Shown in pieces: positions 32,493 through 42,216 of a DNA stretch of 64,000 nucleotides. The stretch spans positions 5,567-69,566 of the forward strand of contig CAYQZM010000207.1 of the NCBI GenBank assembly GCA_964421935.1, given 5' to 3'. Positions within the stretch are counted from its first letter, which is position 1; each line of letters opens with the position of its first letter. Origin of the DNA: an uncultured Rhizobium sp. (GTDB lineage: Bacteria; Pseudomonadota; Alphaproteobacteria; Micropepsales; Micropepsaceae). The notes under the pieces were generated by a model, which did no database searches, was not told the DNA's origin, and saw nothing but the letters and a program-made list of their open reading frames with translations. The translations under genes and the position numbers were made by a program.

Positions 32493-32975
32493 ATGATCAA
32501 CTCACGGAAATTCGCCGTCCTGACAGCCTTGGCGCTCTGCGCGTTTGCGGCGCCAGCCAGCGCGCAAAGCGTCACGCGCCTGCCACTGCCGAGCGGCACC
32601 ACACCGATCGTTTCGGCCGTCACCGTGCCGCCCGGCTATACAACCTATTACATCAGCGGCACGCCGGCCGGCCCGATGCCCTCCGGCCAGTGGGGCGACA
32701 CCACCGAGCAGACCAATGACTCGCTCACCAAGCTGGAAGCGATTCTCAAGCAGCTCGGTCTGACCTTCGGCGATGTCGTGAAAGCGACCGTTTTCCTGGG
32801 GGCTGATCCGGCCAACGGCAACAAGATCAATTTCCCGGCCATGAACGCGGAATGGGCCAAGCGCTTTGGCACCGCAGCCCAGCCCAACAAGCCCGCGCGT
32901 TCCACCGTCCAGGTCGGCCTGGCAACGCCGGGCGCCCTGGTCGAGATCGAGATGATCGCGGTCAAGAAGCAGTAA
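32493..32975 (+). CDS. RidA family protein with Sec signal peptide
   Basis: MINSRKFAVLTALALCAFAAPASAQ, then a RidA fold pattern (TEQTNDSLTKLEAILKQLGLTFGDVVKATVFL...ARSTVQVGLATPGALVEIEMIAV). Confidence 0.8.
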   Translation: MINSRKFAVLTALALCAFAAPASAQSVTRLPLPSGTTPIVSAVTVPPGYTTYYISGTPAGPMPSGQWGDTTEQTNDSLTKLEAILKQLGLTFGDVVKATVFLGADPANGNKINFPAMNAEWAKRFGTAAQPNKPARSTVQVGLATPGALVEIEMIAVKKQ

Positions 32976-33014
32976 GCATCCTCAAGCGGCGGATTTTCTG
33001 CCAGGTCAAAAACC

Positions 33015-34793
33015 ATGCCTGAAGGCAGCACCCGCTCGCTTCGCGCCGAGCCTACGGAGAAGACGACCTTCTATCCGCGCCTGTTCGGCAGGCGCGGCGC
33101 TATCGCCTGCGAGCATTACAGCGCCGCCCTGGCCGGCGTCGAGATGCTGCGCCAGGGCGGCAATGCGGTGGATGCCGCTTGCGCCGCCGCGCTGGTGGAA
33201 GGCGTGGTCAATCCGCAGATGCACACCATCGGCGGCGAACTCCCCATCCTGATTTCTGTGCCAGGTCGCACGGACGTGGTCTGCATCAACGGCAACATGG
33301 CGGCGCCGGGACGGGCGACGCCACAGGCCTTCCGCGACCTTGGCCACGAGGAGATTCCGGCGGAAGGCGTTCTGGCGGCCGGCGTGCCGGGCGCCCTGGG
33401 CGCTATCGTGGAAGCATTATCCCGTTTCGGCCGCTTGCGCTTCCAGGACGTATCCGCGCCGGCGATCGATCTGGCCAGGAACGGATTTCCCGCCCATTCA
33501 GGCCTGATCCGCCAGCACAAGTCCGGCATCACCGCCAATTTCGAGAAATTCGCGGCATGGCCGGGCACGGCGGCGATCTATCTGCCGAATGGCCGTATCC
33601 CAACGGAAGGCGAACTGCTGCGCAATCCTGCGCTGGCCGACATGTACCTTCACCTGGGCCAGGCCGAAAACACATGCAGCGGCGATCGCAAGGCGGGATT
33701 GCGCGCGGTGTTCGATGCCTTCTATCGCGGCGATGTCGCGACAGAGATTGTCCGGTTTGTCAAAGACCAGGGCGGTCTTCTGCTGGAGACGGATTTCCAC
33801 CGGTTCGAGATTCCCGTCGAGAACAGCGTCCATGTCCAGTATGCCGGCGTGGAAATCCACAAATGCGGGCCTTGGAACCAGGGGCCCGTACTGCTGCAGT
33901 CGCTGACGATCCTGAAGAATTTCGACCTGCGCGGCCTAGGTCACAACTCAGCCGGCTATGTTCATCTCTTGCTGGAGGCCATGAAGCTGGCCTTCGCCGA
34001 TCGCGAGCAGTTTTACGGCGATCCACTTCAGGTGGCGGTGCCGATGGACACGCTGCTCTCGGACTCTTACGGCGCCATGCGGGCCAAGCTGATTGAGAAT
34101 CGAGCCAATGCGGAAATCCGCCCGGGCGATCCATTCCACAATGCGCCGCTGCTGCCGGCGAGGGATCGCCTTGGCGGCGCGGCCTGGGGGCCCGGCACGG
34201 TCCATGTCACGGCGATGGATGCCGATGGCCTGACCGCGGCCTTCACACCCAGTGGCGCCTGGTTGCGAGCATCGCCTGTGATTCCCGCGCTTGGCTTTCC
34301 GCTCTCCATGCGGCTTTCCAACTGCTATCTCGAGCCGGTCAACCATCCCAATATCGTCGCGCCGTTCAAGCGGCCGCGAACCACCATCAGCCCGTCGCTG
34401 GTGATGAAGGATGGAAAGCCCTGGATGGCCTTCGGCAGCATGGGCGGCGATCAGCAGGATCAGTGGCAGTTGCAATTCCTGCTCAACCGGCTGGTGTTCG
34501 ACATGCCGGTGCAGACGGCCATCGAAGCGCCGAAATTCAGCAGCGAGCACTTTCCCGGATTCTTTGCGCCCCACGATTTCTTCCCCAACCGGGTCCGCAT
34601 CGAGCCTGGTGTCGGCGCGGCCGTGCTGGACGCTTTGCGAGTCCGCGGCCATGAGGTGGATGTGGCGCCAGCCTGGAGCGAGGGCTTCCTCTGCGCGACG
34701 GAGCGCAATCTGGAAACCGGCGTGCTCGAAGCCGGCTGTGATCCCAGGGGCACGAAGTCGGAAGTCTTCCCGGCCTGCGCCCTGGCGATCTGA
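33015..34793 (+). CDS. ggt: Gamma-glutamyltransferase family protein (no signal peptide seen)
   Basis: GAIACEHYSAALAGVEMLRQGGNAVDAACAAALVEGVVNPQMHTIGGE. Ntn-hydrolase nucleophile region GPGTVHVTAMDADG. Also GSMGGDQQDQWQLQFL. Confidence 0.85.
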   Translation: MPEGSTRSLRAEPTEKTTFYPRLFGRRGAIACEHYSAALAGVEMLRQGGNAVDAACAAALVEGVVNPQMHTIGGELPILISVPGRTDVVCINGNMAAPGRATPQAFRDLGHEEIPAEGVLAAGVPGALGAIVEALSRFGRLRFQDVSAPAIDLARNGFPAHSGLIRQHKSGITANFEKFAAWPGTAAIYLPNGRIPTEGELLRNPALADMYLHLGQAENTCSGDRKAGLRAVFDAFYRGDVATEIVRFVKDQGGLLLETDFHRFEIPVENSVHVQYAGVEIHKCGPWNQGPVLLQSLTILKNFDLRGLGHNSAGYVHLLLEAMKLAFADREQFYGDPLQVAVPMDTLLSDSYGAMRAKLIENRANAEIRPGDPFHNAPLLPARDRLGGAAWGPGTVHVTAMDADGLTAAFTPSGAWLRASPVIPALGFPLSMRLSNCYLEPVNHPNIVAPFKRPRTTISPSLVMKDGKPWMAFGSMGGDQQDQWQLQFLLNRLVFDMPVQTAIEAPKFSSEHFPGFFAPHDFFPNRVRIEPGVGAAVLDALRVRGHEVDVAPAWSEGFLCATERNLETGVLEAGCDPRGTKSEVFPACALAI

Positions 34794-34799
34794 GATCGC

Positions 34800-35858
34800 C
34801 TACCGGGTCTTGCCCCGCGCTTCGACCCGTTTGGTATCGACCAGAACGCCGTCACGGGATATCGCGACCTCGTCGTGCAGATTGCTTACCACACAAACAT
34901 GGTTGGGCAGGATGCGGAGACGCTCGCCGATTTCAGGCTTCTTGCTGCAGCGGGAAAGGTCGATGACGCCATGTTCCTCATTCAGCCGCTCGATAACCGC
35001 ATCTTCATAGCCGCGGACCAGGCCGTAGCCGGCACCGGCGGCCGGATCGACCCGATCGCTGGAAAGAGACTTCGAACCCGCATCGATCACGGCCCGGTCG
35101 GGCGTCGGCCGACTGATGACCGTGGCATGAACATGAAGCGCGCATTCATCCAGCTCCGCCGCGCCCGCCGCGACGGTGGCGCGGTCCTGGTAGATATAAG
35201 TGCCGACCCGCACTTCGGTCAGCCCGGCGATCTGATGAGCCTGCCAGGCATTGGGCGTACCGCCACCGGACACCACCGCTATTTCGATTCCGGCGCGAGC
35301 GAACCGCTGCCGGGCATCGGCAACGAACGCCGCCGTCGCCGCAGTGCTGGGATAGGTCATCAGCCCGTCAAACCGGAGTCCCGGCGTCCTTTCGATCTGA
35401 ATGGCAAGGGCCAAAGCCTCTTCAACCGACACGACGCCGGTGCGCGCATTGCCGCTGTCGAATTCCACAAGAATGCCGATCGGCACATTGGAGGCGCGTG
35501 CCGCCGCGGCCACGGTCTCGATGGCAAGACTGGAATCCACCCCGACACGCAGCCGGGCGCGGCGCGAAAGCGCCGCCAGGCGATCGGCCTTGGCAGCGCC
35601 CACCAGGGGATAAGAAATCAGAATGTCATCCAGCCCGGCATCGATCATCACCTCGGCTTCGCCGAGTTTCTGGCAGGTGATGCCCTTCGCTCCCAGCTCG
35701 ACCTGCCGATGGGCGAAGCTGGGGATCTTGTGGGTTTTGATGTGAGGACGCAGCGCCAGGCCGTGGGCGTCGCAATAAGCCTGCATCTTGGCCAGGTTGT
35801 GCTCGACAATATCGAGATCGACGACCGGGACCGGGGTATCGAGTTCATCAATATGCAT
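34800..35858 (-). CDS. D-TA family (D-threonine aldolase / D-serine deaminase-like) PLP enzyme, alanine-racemase N-terminal fold
   Basis: MHIDELDTPVPVVDLDIVEHNLAKMQAYCDAHGLALRPHIKTHKIPSFAHRQVELGAKGITCQKLGEAEVM (PLP-Lys in HIKTHK). Confidence 0.8.
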   Translation of the reverse strand: MHIDELDTPVPVVDLDIVEHNLAKMQAYCDAHGLALRPHIKTHKIPSFAHRQVELGAKGITCQKLGEAEVMIDAGLDDILISYPLVGAAKADRLAALSRRARLRVGVDSSLAIETVAAAARASNVPIGILVEFDSGNARTGVVSVEEALALAIQIERTPGLRFDGLMTYPSTAATAAFVADARQRFARAGIEIAVVSGGGTPNAWQAHQIAGLTEVRVGTYIYQDRATVAAGAAELDECALHVHATVISRPTPDRAVIDAGSKSLSSDRVDPAAGAGYGLVRGYEDAVIERLNEEHGVIDLSRCSKKPEIGERLRILPNHVCVVSNLHDEVAISRDGVLVDTKRVEARGKTR

Positions 35859-35869
35859 GCACGACCCTC

Positions 35870-36244
35870 TCAGGACGGAAGCAGCGCAATGCAGTCGATC
35901 TCGACCAGAATACCGCCCATCTGGCAACCGATGGTGGTGCGCGCCGGCGGCTCGGTCGGGAAGAATTCCTTGTAAATGGCATTATATTCCTGGAACCGCG
36001 TGCCATCGGTCAGATAGGTGTTCACCTTGACGACATCCTTCATGTCGGCGCCCACGCCGCGGAGGATGGTCTGAATATTTTTCAAGGTCTGCCGCACCTG
36101 GTCGGCGAACTTGTCCGACAGGACCCCGGTCACGGGATCCGCGCCTGCCTGGCCCGCGACAAAAACAAGCCGGTCCGCGATCACGGCATGGGAATAATGG
36201 CCGCCAGGCTTCGCCGCGCCTTCGACCATCACAGCTTTACGCAT
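35870..36244 (-). CDS. RidA family protein (cytoplasmic)
   Basis: GGHYSHAVIADRLVFVAGQAGADPVTG...QVRQTLKNIQTILRGVGADMKDVVKVNTYL...PARTTIGC..LVEIDCIA. Confidence 0.85.
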   Translation of the reverse strand: MRKAVMVEGAAKPGGHYSHAVIADRLVFVAGQAGADPVTGVLSDKFADQVRQTLKNIQTILRGVGADMKDVVKVNTYLTDGTRFQEYNAIYKEFFPTEPPARTTIGCQMGGILVEIDCIALLPS

Positions 36245-36261
36245 TCTGTTCGTCCTCCATC

Positions 36262-37851
36262 TTAACCCAACACCCGGCCGGGCAGCCGGCCGGTCATCTT
36301 GCCGTGTTCCAGCACCGTTTCGCCGGCAACCAGCACATGCTCTATGCCAGTTGGCAACTGCGTGGGCGAGTCAAAGGTGGCGCGATCCTCGACGGCGTCA
36401 CCGAACAGCACCAGATCGGCGGCCATTCCCGGCCGGATCAGCCCACGGTCCGCCAACCCGAACCGCTCCGCCGCGCGCGAGGTCATGCGGCAGACCGCAT
36501 CTTCCAGGCCAAACCAGCCTTCCCGCCTGAGCCGTCCGGCGACACGGGGGAAGGTGCCATAGGCGCGGGGATGCGGCTTGGTTCCTGGCCGGGGCAGCCC
36601 ATCCGAACCCACCATGTGCAGCCGGTGCGTACAGGCGGCGTGCAGATCTTTCTCGTCCAGCTGGAACATCACGATGCTGGTCTGTCCCTGATCTTCCAGG
36701 ATCAGCCGCACCAGAAGCTCGAACGGCGTGATGCCGAGGCCGGCGGCGGCCTGGACCATGCTCTGGCCTTCCAGGCTTTTAAGGCCGGGGTTGCTGACAC
36801 CGGAGATGCGGACATTGTCCCAACCGATCAGGGAAACTTTGGAAGGGGGCACGTCTTTCGGGCTTTTTCCCTCCAGATAAAGCCGCAACCGCTCGCGGAA
36901 GTCCGTCTGCGCCAGACGCGCGACCAGACCGTCATACCCCCCCTCCAGCGCGTCGGTGGGCAGAAGCTGGAGGATATAGCTGCTGCCGGCCGGATAGGGA
37001 TACATGTCGAAACTGACATCGACACCCTGCTCTCGCGCCTGTTCCAGCTTGTCCAGCGCGTCCGGCATCTGGCCCCAGTTGGGACGGCCGGCCGATTGCA
37101 GATGTGACAACAGGCCCGGAACACCGGTGTCGCGCAACAGGCCGATGAACTCATCCATAGAGTCCAGAAGATCGCCTTCATAGCCGCGGATATGGGCCGC
37201 CAGCAATTTGCCGTTCTCCTGCACTGTCCGTGACAACGCCAGAAGCTCGTTGCGATCGGCATAGGCGCTGGGCGGATAGACCAGGCCCAGAGACAGGCCC
37301 GCCGCGCCGGCGCGTAGCTGGCGGGCCAGTAGCGCCTGCATCCGTGCACATTCCGCATCCGTGGCCGCGCGTCGCTCATGGCCGATCACCGCGAGCCGGA
37401 GCGCGGCATGGCCGACCAGAGAGACAAGATTCAGCGCCAGACCGCGCCCATGGATGGCGTCGCGGTACCCTGCAAAGTCTTCGAACACTTCGTCGGCGGA
37501 AACATCGCCCAACAGGGTCGAGAAATGCTTCCGGAGATTCCCCGCCGATCCCGCCGCCGTGGGATAAAGCGAGAAGCTGCAGTTGCCGACCACAAGGGTC
37601 GTGACACCTTGCGCGATCTTCTCGAATCTTTCCGGCTCGCGCAGGCAGATCAGATCGTCATGGCAATGCGCATCGATAAAACCGGGGGCCAGGTACAACC
37701 CTCGCGCATCCACAATCCTGGCGCCGTCCGCCTGAATGGACTTGCCGATCTCCGCGATACGTCCATCGCGAAGGAGAACATCGGAGACAAACCAGGGCCC
37801 GCCCGTACCATCCACAACACGCGCTTCATGGATCAGGCAATCGACAGGCAT
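36262..37851 (-). CDS. N-acyl-D-amino-acid deacylase (D-aminoacylase), cytoplasmic paralog
   Basis: MPVDCLIHEARVVDGTGGPWFVSDVLLRDGRIAEIG...LAPGFIDAHCHDD. The start ATG shares one base with the MFS stop (TGATG at 37849-37853). The upstream 111 codons of the ORF-track entry overlap the MFS gene. Confidence 0.85.
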   Translation of the reverse strand: MPVDCLIHEARVVDGTGGPWFVSDVLLRDGRIAEIGKSIQADGARIVDARGLYLAPGFIDAHCHDDLICLREPERFEKIAQGVTTLVVGNCSFSLYPTAAGSAGNLRKHFSTLLGDVSADEVFEDFAGYRDAIHGRGLALNLVSLVGHAALRLAVIGHERRAATDAECARMQALLARQLRAGAAGLSLGLVYPPSAYADRNELLALSRTVQENGKLLAAHIRGYEGDLLDSMDEFIGLLRDTGVPGLLSHLQSAGRPNWGQMPDALDKLEQAREQGVDVSFDMYPYPAGSSYILQLLPTDALEGGYDGLVARLAQTDFRERLRLYLEGKSPKDVPPSKVSLIGWDNVRISGVSNPGLKSLEGQSMVQAAAGLGITPFELLVRLILEDQGQTSIVMFQLDEKDLHAACTHRLHMVGSDGLPRPGTKPHPRAYGTFPRVAGRLRREGWFGLEDAVCRMTSRAAERFGLADRGLIRPGMAADLVLFGDAVEDRATFDSPTQLPTGIEHVLVAGETVLEHGKMTGRLPGRVLG

Positions 37852-39164
37852 CACGTCCTCGCGCGGGATGGATCGCCGCTGATGATCTCGGCTGAATTTC
37901 CTGCAGGCGGATCGGGAATGGGCTCGATCCTGCCAAGCACCACCAGATAGGAGAAAATGCCTACGATCAAGACCAGACCCGCGACCAGAAAGGCGCCGGC
38001 AAAGGAATGGGTGAGCCCCACGATGAAACCGGTGATCACCGGCGCGGCGACACCCATGAGATTGTTGGTCAGGTTGACGATGCCGCCAATCGTAGCGGTA
38101 GCGCCGCGCGGACTGATCAGGGAGACGATGGATGACGCCACCGGCGCCGCGGCAGACAGGCCGGACAGCGCAATGGTGATCCACACCAGCGCCCAGAAAG
38201 GATTGGTCGTATAGGCGGCGCCGAACACCGCCAGTCCCGCCGCCATGCCGCAGGCGATAGCGACCTTGCGCACCTTGCTTTCATCCAGGCCGCGCCCGAT
38301 CAGATAGTCGACAAAGAAGCCGCCGATCAGCAGATCGGCGAAGGAGGCGAAGATCCATGGAATGGTGGCAAAGCCGGCCGACTTCAGGATGCTCATATGC
38401 AGACTTTCCACCAGATAACCGGGCAGCCAGGTGAGAAAGAGATAGAAGGAGTAGCCATAGGCGGAATAGCCGATCATGTGCGCCCAGACTTTGCGGTTCT
38501 GCAGCACATAGGCGAGCATGTTGGCCTGCCCTGTCGCGGGTTGGCCTTCCGGCACCGCGCCTCCGGCGAGAATATAGGCGTGTTCCTGCCGGCTGAGATG
38601 CTTGTCCTCGGAAGGATCGCGATACATCAGCCAATAGGCGACGAAGTACAGGAAACTGAGGAAAGCAGTCACAGCAAAGCCCCAGCGCCAGCCAAAGCCA
38701 ACGACGAAGAAAGCGACAACCGGAACACCGATGACATTGGCGAATTTGGCGGCCGAGTCGAATATGGCCGTCGAGCGGCAGCGCTCCTTGGTGGGAAACC
38801 ACAGCCCGGTCGCTTTCTGGTTGCCGATCATGCCGGGCGCTTCCGCGATCCCCAGCAGCAACCGGGCCGCGAAGATGCCGGCATAGCCGCTGCACAGCGC
38901 CGTCGCCGCCGACGCCGCGGACCAGAGAAAAGTACCCCAGCGGCCTACGGTCTTGATGCCGAAACGGTCCAGCAGCAGGCCGCCCGGGAGTTGCGCCAGG
39001 GAATAGGACCAGAAGAATGCGCTGAAGAGAAAACCGACCGCCTGCGGCGACAGGTGGAAATCATGCTGAAGTTGCGGCGCCGCGACCGAGAGGCTGATCC
39101 GGTCGATGTAATTTACCAGGACGCCGGCGCCCAGAAGAACGCCGATGGTCCATCGGCGATGCAT
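37851..39164 (-). CDS. MFS transporter (anion:cation symporter-like)
   Basis: Multiple TM segments. Sequence GVLVNYIDRISLSVAAPQL...WGTFLWSAASAATAL...LLLGIAEAPGMIGNQKATGLWFPTKER. Start ATG 39164 or 39200. Confidence 0.85.
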   Translation of the reverse strand: MHRRWTIGVLLGAGVLVNYIDRISLSVAAPQLQHDFHLSPQAVGFLFSAFFWSYSLAQLPGGLLLDRFGIKTVGRWGTFLWSAASAATALCSGYAGIFAARLLLGIAEAPGMIGNQKATGLWFPTKERCRSTAIFDSAAKFANVIGVPVVAFFVVGFGWRWGFAVTAFLSFLYFVAYWLMYRDPSEDKHLSRQEHAYILAGGAVPEGQPATGQANMLAYVLQNRKVWAHMIGYSAYGYSFYLFLTWLPGYLVESLHMSILKSAGFATIPWIFASFADLLIGGFFVDYLIGRGLDESKVRKVAIACGMAAGLAVFGAAYTTNPFWALVWITIALSGLSAAAPVASSIVSLISPRGATATIGGIVNLTNNLMGVAAPVITGFIVGLTHSFAGAFLVAGLVLIVGIFSYLVVLGRIEPIPDPPAGNSAEIISGDPSRART

Positions 39165-39361
39165 GCCTTCCTTGACCAATTCCGGCTCCCCATTTCGCAC
39201 GCCAACCGCAAGGGTTACGTGCGCTTTTCTTGTCCCGCCACCTTAACTGAGACATGCCGCGAGTGAAGCCACTGATGCTGCGGCAGGAATGGAAAAGGCC
39301 GAACATCATGGCCACGCAACGGAATAATCGCGTCGTTACATCGGCTTAGGAGAAGCTACCG

Positions 39362-40489
39362 CTATGCGGACGGCGCGAGAGCAGAGGCCAATTTCCCCGA
39401 CAGCCGCGCGCCCAGGGCGATCAGGCTGGGCACGGCGCCAAGCAGCCCAAGCGCCGCGATGCGGGCAGCATCGTTCATCGCAAGATGGGCATAAAGGGAC
39501 GCGGCCCTGATGCGGGGCGCGAACCTGCGCCGCCAGGCCCGGGCGTAGTCTTCGCCACGATGGGCAATCAACAGCCGCGCCAGCAAGGCACTGGCCTGCA
39601 TCGCCATGCTGATACCCTCGGCGATGATGGGATGGGCTTCTCCTGCGATATTGCCGGTAAAGAAGACGCCGTCCTTGTGAAGTGGACGCATGCCGGGATG
39701 GATCGGGCCGGTCGAAAGAAAACCACCCTCCAATACGGCGCCGGCCAGTGCTTCACGCGCGCCCCTGGTGGTGGCCATGATGTGCGTCAGCACGGCCTCC
39801 GCGGCCTTTCCGGGATGCCGGGCGCGAACGGCCGCCAGAACGTCGCGCCGGATGCAGCAGGACAAAGATGCGCGGCCGGTATCGGTCTGCACCAGCCCGC
39901 CATAGCCACCGGGAAAGGCCAGCAAGGAGATCAGGCCTGGTGGCAGCCGGCCGCTCGTGAAATGCGCCTTGAACGCGAACAGATCGGATGGCGCGGACAT
40001 GCGAGTTGTCACGGCGAACAGACCCCTGGCATTCCATGAGCCACATGCGGCAATGACGGTGCGTGCGGCTACCTCGGCCCCACCGAGGCGGCACAAAAAG
40101 CCGGCCGCGTCACGCTGAAGCGCGACAAGCTCCATGGGTTGATAGAGCCGGGCACCCGCCGCCACAGCGGCGTCCCGCAGCAAGAGATCGAGATGCTCGC
40201 GGCCCAGGGCCCGCCCCCAGGCTCTTTCTCCGGGAGCTGTCAGGATGATATCGCCGGCATAAATTCCGATCCGCGTAATCTGAGGCCCCGCGGCTGCCGA
40301 GAAGGCCTTAGCCACGCCACACGCCTCAAGAACCGGCAAGGAGTCGGCGGACATGAATTCACCGCACACCTTGCGGCGTGGAAAGGCCGCCCGCTCCACC
40401 AGCGCCACCTGCCAGCCGGCCTGCGCGAGAAGCCGCGCCACCACCGACCCGGCCGGGCCGGCGCCCACGATCAGTGCGTCATAGCGCAT
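39362..40489 (-). CDS. FAD-dependent oxidoreductase / flavoprotein monooxygenase-like
   Basis: MRYDALIVGAGPAGSVVARLLAQAGWQVALVERAAFPRRKVCGEF (GxGxxG fold). Overlaps the methyltransferase stop by 11 nt. Confidence 0.8.
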   Translation of the reverse strand: MRYDALIVGAGPAGSVVARLLAQAGWQVALVERAAFPRRKVCGEFMSADSLPVLEACGVAKAFSAAAGPQITRIGIYAGDIILTAPGERAWGRALGREHLDLLLRDAAVAAGARLYQPMELVALQRDAAGFLCRLGGAEVAARTVIAACGSWNARGLFAVTTRMSAPSDLFAFKAHFTSGRLPPGLISLLAFPGGYGGLVQTDTGRASLSCCIRRDVLAAVRARHPGKAAEAVLTHIMATTRGAREALAGAVLEGGFLSTGPIHPGMRPLHKDGVFFTGNIAGEAHPIIAEGISMAMQASALLARLLIAHRGEDYARAWRRRFAPRIRAASLYAHLAMNDAARIAALGLLGAVPSLIALGARLSGKLASALAPSA

Positions 40490-41156
40490 GGGCTCGAAAG
40501 ACGTGCGTGAACGGCAGCACCGAATTTTCGCTTAAATGCCAGAGCCCTCTTTGCGGCCACAAGGCGGACAGATCGCGACCCTGGAAGCCGGCGCGGACAC
40601 TGACCACCGCGTCATGGCGGGTCACCTCATTGGCGCCCAGAATCCCCACCAGCCGCGCGCCCAGCAAGGCAAAGCGTCCCCGCCGCGGTTCGCAGGCCAC
40701 GAAGGCTTTTGCACGCGCGGCTATTCCGCCCAGCAACCGCACCAGGGCGATTTCGTCAAGGTGATGCAGGAACAGGTTGGCGGTCACGATGTCGGGATTG
40801 ATCCGGGGCAAGACCTCGAAGATGTCGCCGCGCAGCACATCGCAATGCCAACCCAGCGCGGCAAATCCGGCACGCGTCTCGGGACTGACAAAATCATGCT
40901 GGTCCAGGATCACGGCGCGAACCCCGGGCCAGCGCTTTGCCAGGCGCCGGGCCACGCCCAACAGAAAGCGCCCATCGCCGCCGCCGAGATCAGCCAGCAA
41001 TCCCGGTACGGGAGCGCCGGCCAAGGCGTCGGCCATGATCGCGCTCTGGCGCATCACCGCATTGATCCGCACCAAATCGCGGCGAGCGGTGATCGCACGT
41101 GGATCGTCGGGCCCAAGCGAATCCAGGATCTCCGGTGTCAAAAACCTGACAGACAC
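40479..41156 (-). CDS. Class I SAM-dependent methyltransferase
   Basis: LLADLGGGDGRFLLGVARRL (SAM motif I), VILDQHD, NLFLHHL. GTG start 1 nt after the PKS stop. Confidence 0.7.
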   Translation of the reverse strand: MSVRFLTPEILDSLGPDDPRAITARRDLVRINAVMRQSAIMADALAGAPVPGLLADLGGGDGRFLLGVARRLAKRWPGVRAVILDQHDFVSPETRAGFAALGWHCDVLRGDIFEVLPRINPDIVTANLFLHHLDEIALVRLLGGIAARAKAFVACEPRRGRFALLGARLVGILGANEVTRHDAVVSVRAGFQGRDLSALWPQRGLWHLSENSVLPFTHVFRAHAL

Positions 41157-41157
41157 G

Positions 41158-42216
41158 TCACGCCGCCATGTGAAACATCATGGTCTCGGCCACCAGACCG
41201 GGACCGAAAGACATGGCGCAGCCGCGCCGGCCGCCTTCGCCGCTTCGCATGATACAGTCCAGAACGAACATCACAGTTCCCGATGACATGTTGCCATAGT
41301 CGTTCAGGACGGAGCGCGAGGCCGCGAGCGCCCTGGCCGGCAGGGCGAAAGCCTGCTCCACCGCGTCGAGCACGGTTCGCCCGCCCGGATGCACCGCCCA
41401 GAGTTCGATATTGTTGGCCCCGCCCAGGATTGCGTCACGCGCCTCCGCCAGCGCCCTGCGGATGGCGGCGGGCACGGCACCGGAAAGCACCATGTCGAAA
41501 CCCTGCTGGCGGATGTGCCAGCGGATCAGTTCGCTTGTGTTGGGCACCAGCGCGGCATGGAAAGATTCCATGGCGACGCCTTTCGGGTCGGCCGAGACCA
41601 ACGCCGCCGCACAGCCATCGGCAAAAAGCAGGAAGGAGAGAATCTCCTCCATGTCAGCGGTTTCGTGCAGATGCAGGGTGCAAAGCTCGAGATTGACCGC
41701 CAACACCCGCGCGCGCGGATCGGACCGCACGATGTGCCGTGCAAGCTTCAGGGCATTGATCGCAGCATAGCAGCCCATGAAGCCGACCATGGTACGCTCC
41801 ACCGACGGCGCCAGGCCGCAGCGTTCCACCAGCGCCAGATCAAGACCGGGCGCGGAAAAGCCTGTGCAACTGGTGACGATGACATGGGTGATGGCCGCGC
41901 GATCCTCGCCGTCCAGCAGCTTCTCCACCGCCTCCACCGCAAGACCGGGCGCCCAGGCCTCGAACTTCTTCATGCGCGCCGCCGTGTCGGGAAACCCCCC
42001 GGAGCGATAAAAACCCTCCGTATCCACGGCGCCGCCATTCTCCGGCTGGAGAAAGGAATAACGGTGGGTGATGCCGCTGCGTTCGGCCATGCGGTTGAAC
42101 AGGGCCAGGCGCCGGCTGTCGGCCTTCAACATCAACTGACCGAAACGGAGAAAGGCGTCATGCACATCGTGTGGAGGATTGGCCGTCGCGATGCGGTTTA
42201 TGAAAACGTCAGGCAT
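41158..42216 (-). CDS. Type III polyketide synthase (chalcone/stilbene synthase family)
   Basis: MPDVFINRIATANPPH.... Catalytic Cys context IVTSCTGFSAPGLD, His context WAVHPGGRTVLD, Asn context YGNMSSGTVMFVL. Start ATG 42216. Confidence 0.85.
   Translation of the reverse strand: MPDVFINRIATANPPHDVHDAFLRFGQLMLKADSRRLALFNRMAERSGITHRYSFLQPENGGAVDTEGFYRSGGFPDTAARMKKFEAWAPGLAVEAVEKLLDGEDRAAITHVIVTSCTGFSAPGLDLALVERCGLAPSVERTMVGFMGCYAAINALKLARHIVRSDPRARVLAVNLELCTLHLHETADMEEILSFLLFADGCAAALVSADPKGVAMESFHAALVPNTSELIRWHIRQQGFDMVLSGAVPAAIRRALAEARDAILGGANNIELWAVHPGGRTVLDAVEQAFALPARALAASRSVLNDYGNMSSGTVMFVLDCIMRSGEGGRRGCAMSFGPGLVAETMMFHMAA

Noticed and set aside
36262-38184. 640-aa version of the D-aminoacylase ORF
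   Set aside because: The N-terminal 111 codons overlap the MFS transporter gene and are Arg/His-rich nonsense. The family N-terminus (MPVDCLIHEARVVDGTGGPW) starts at 37851, coupled to the MFS stop.
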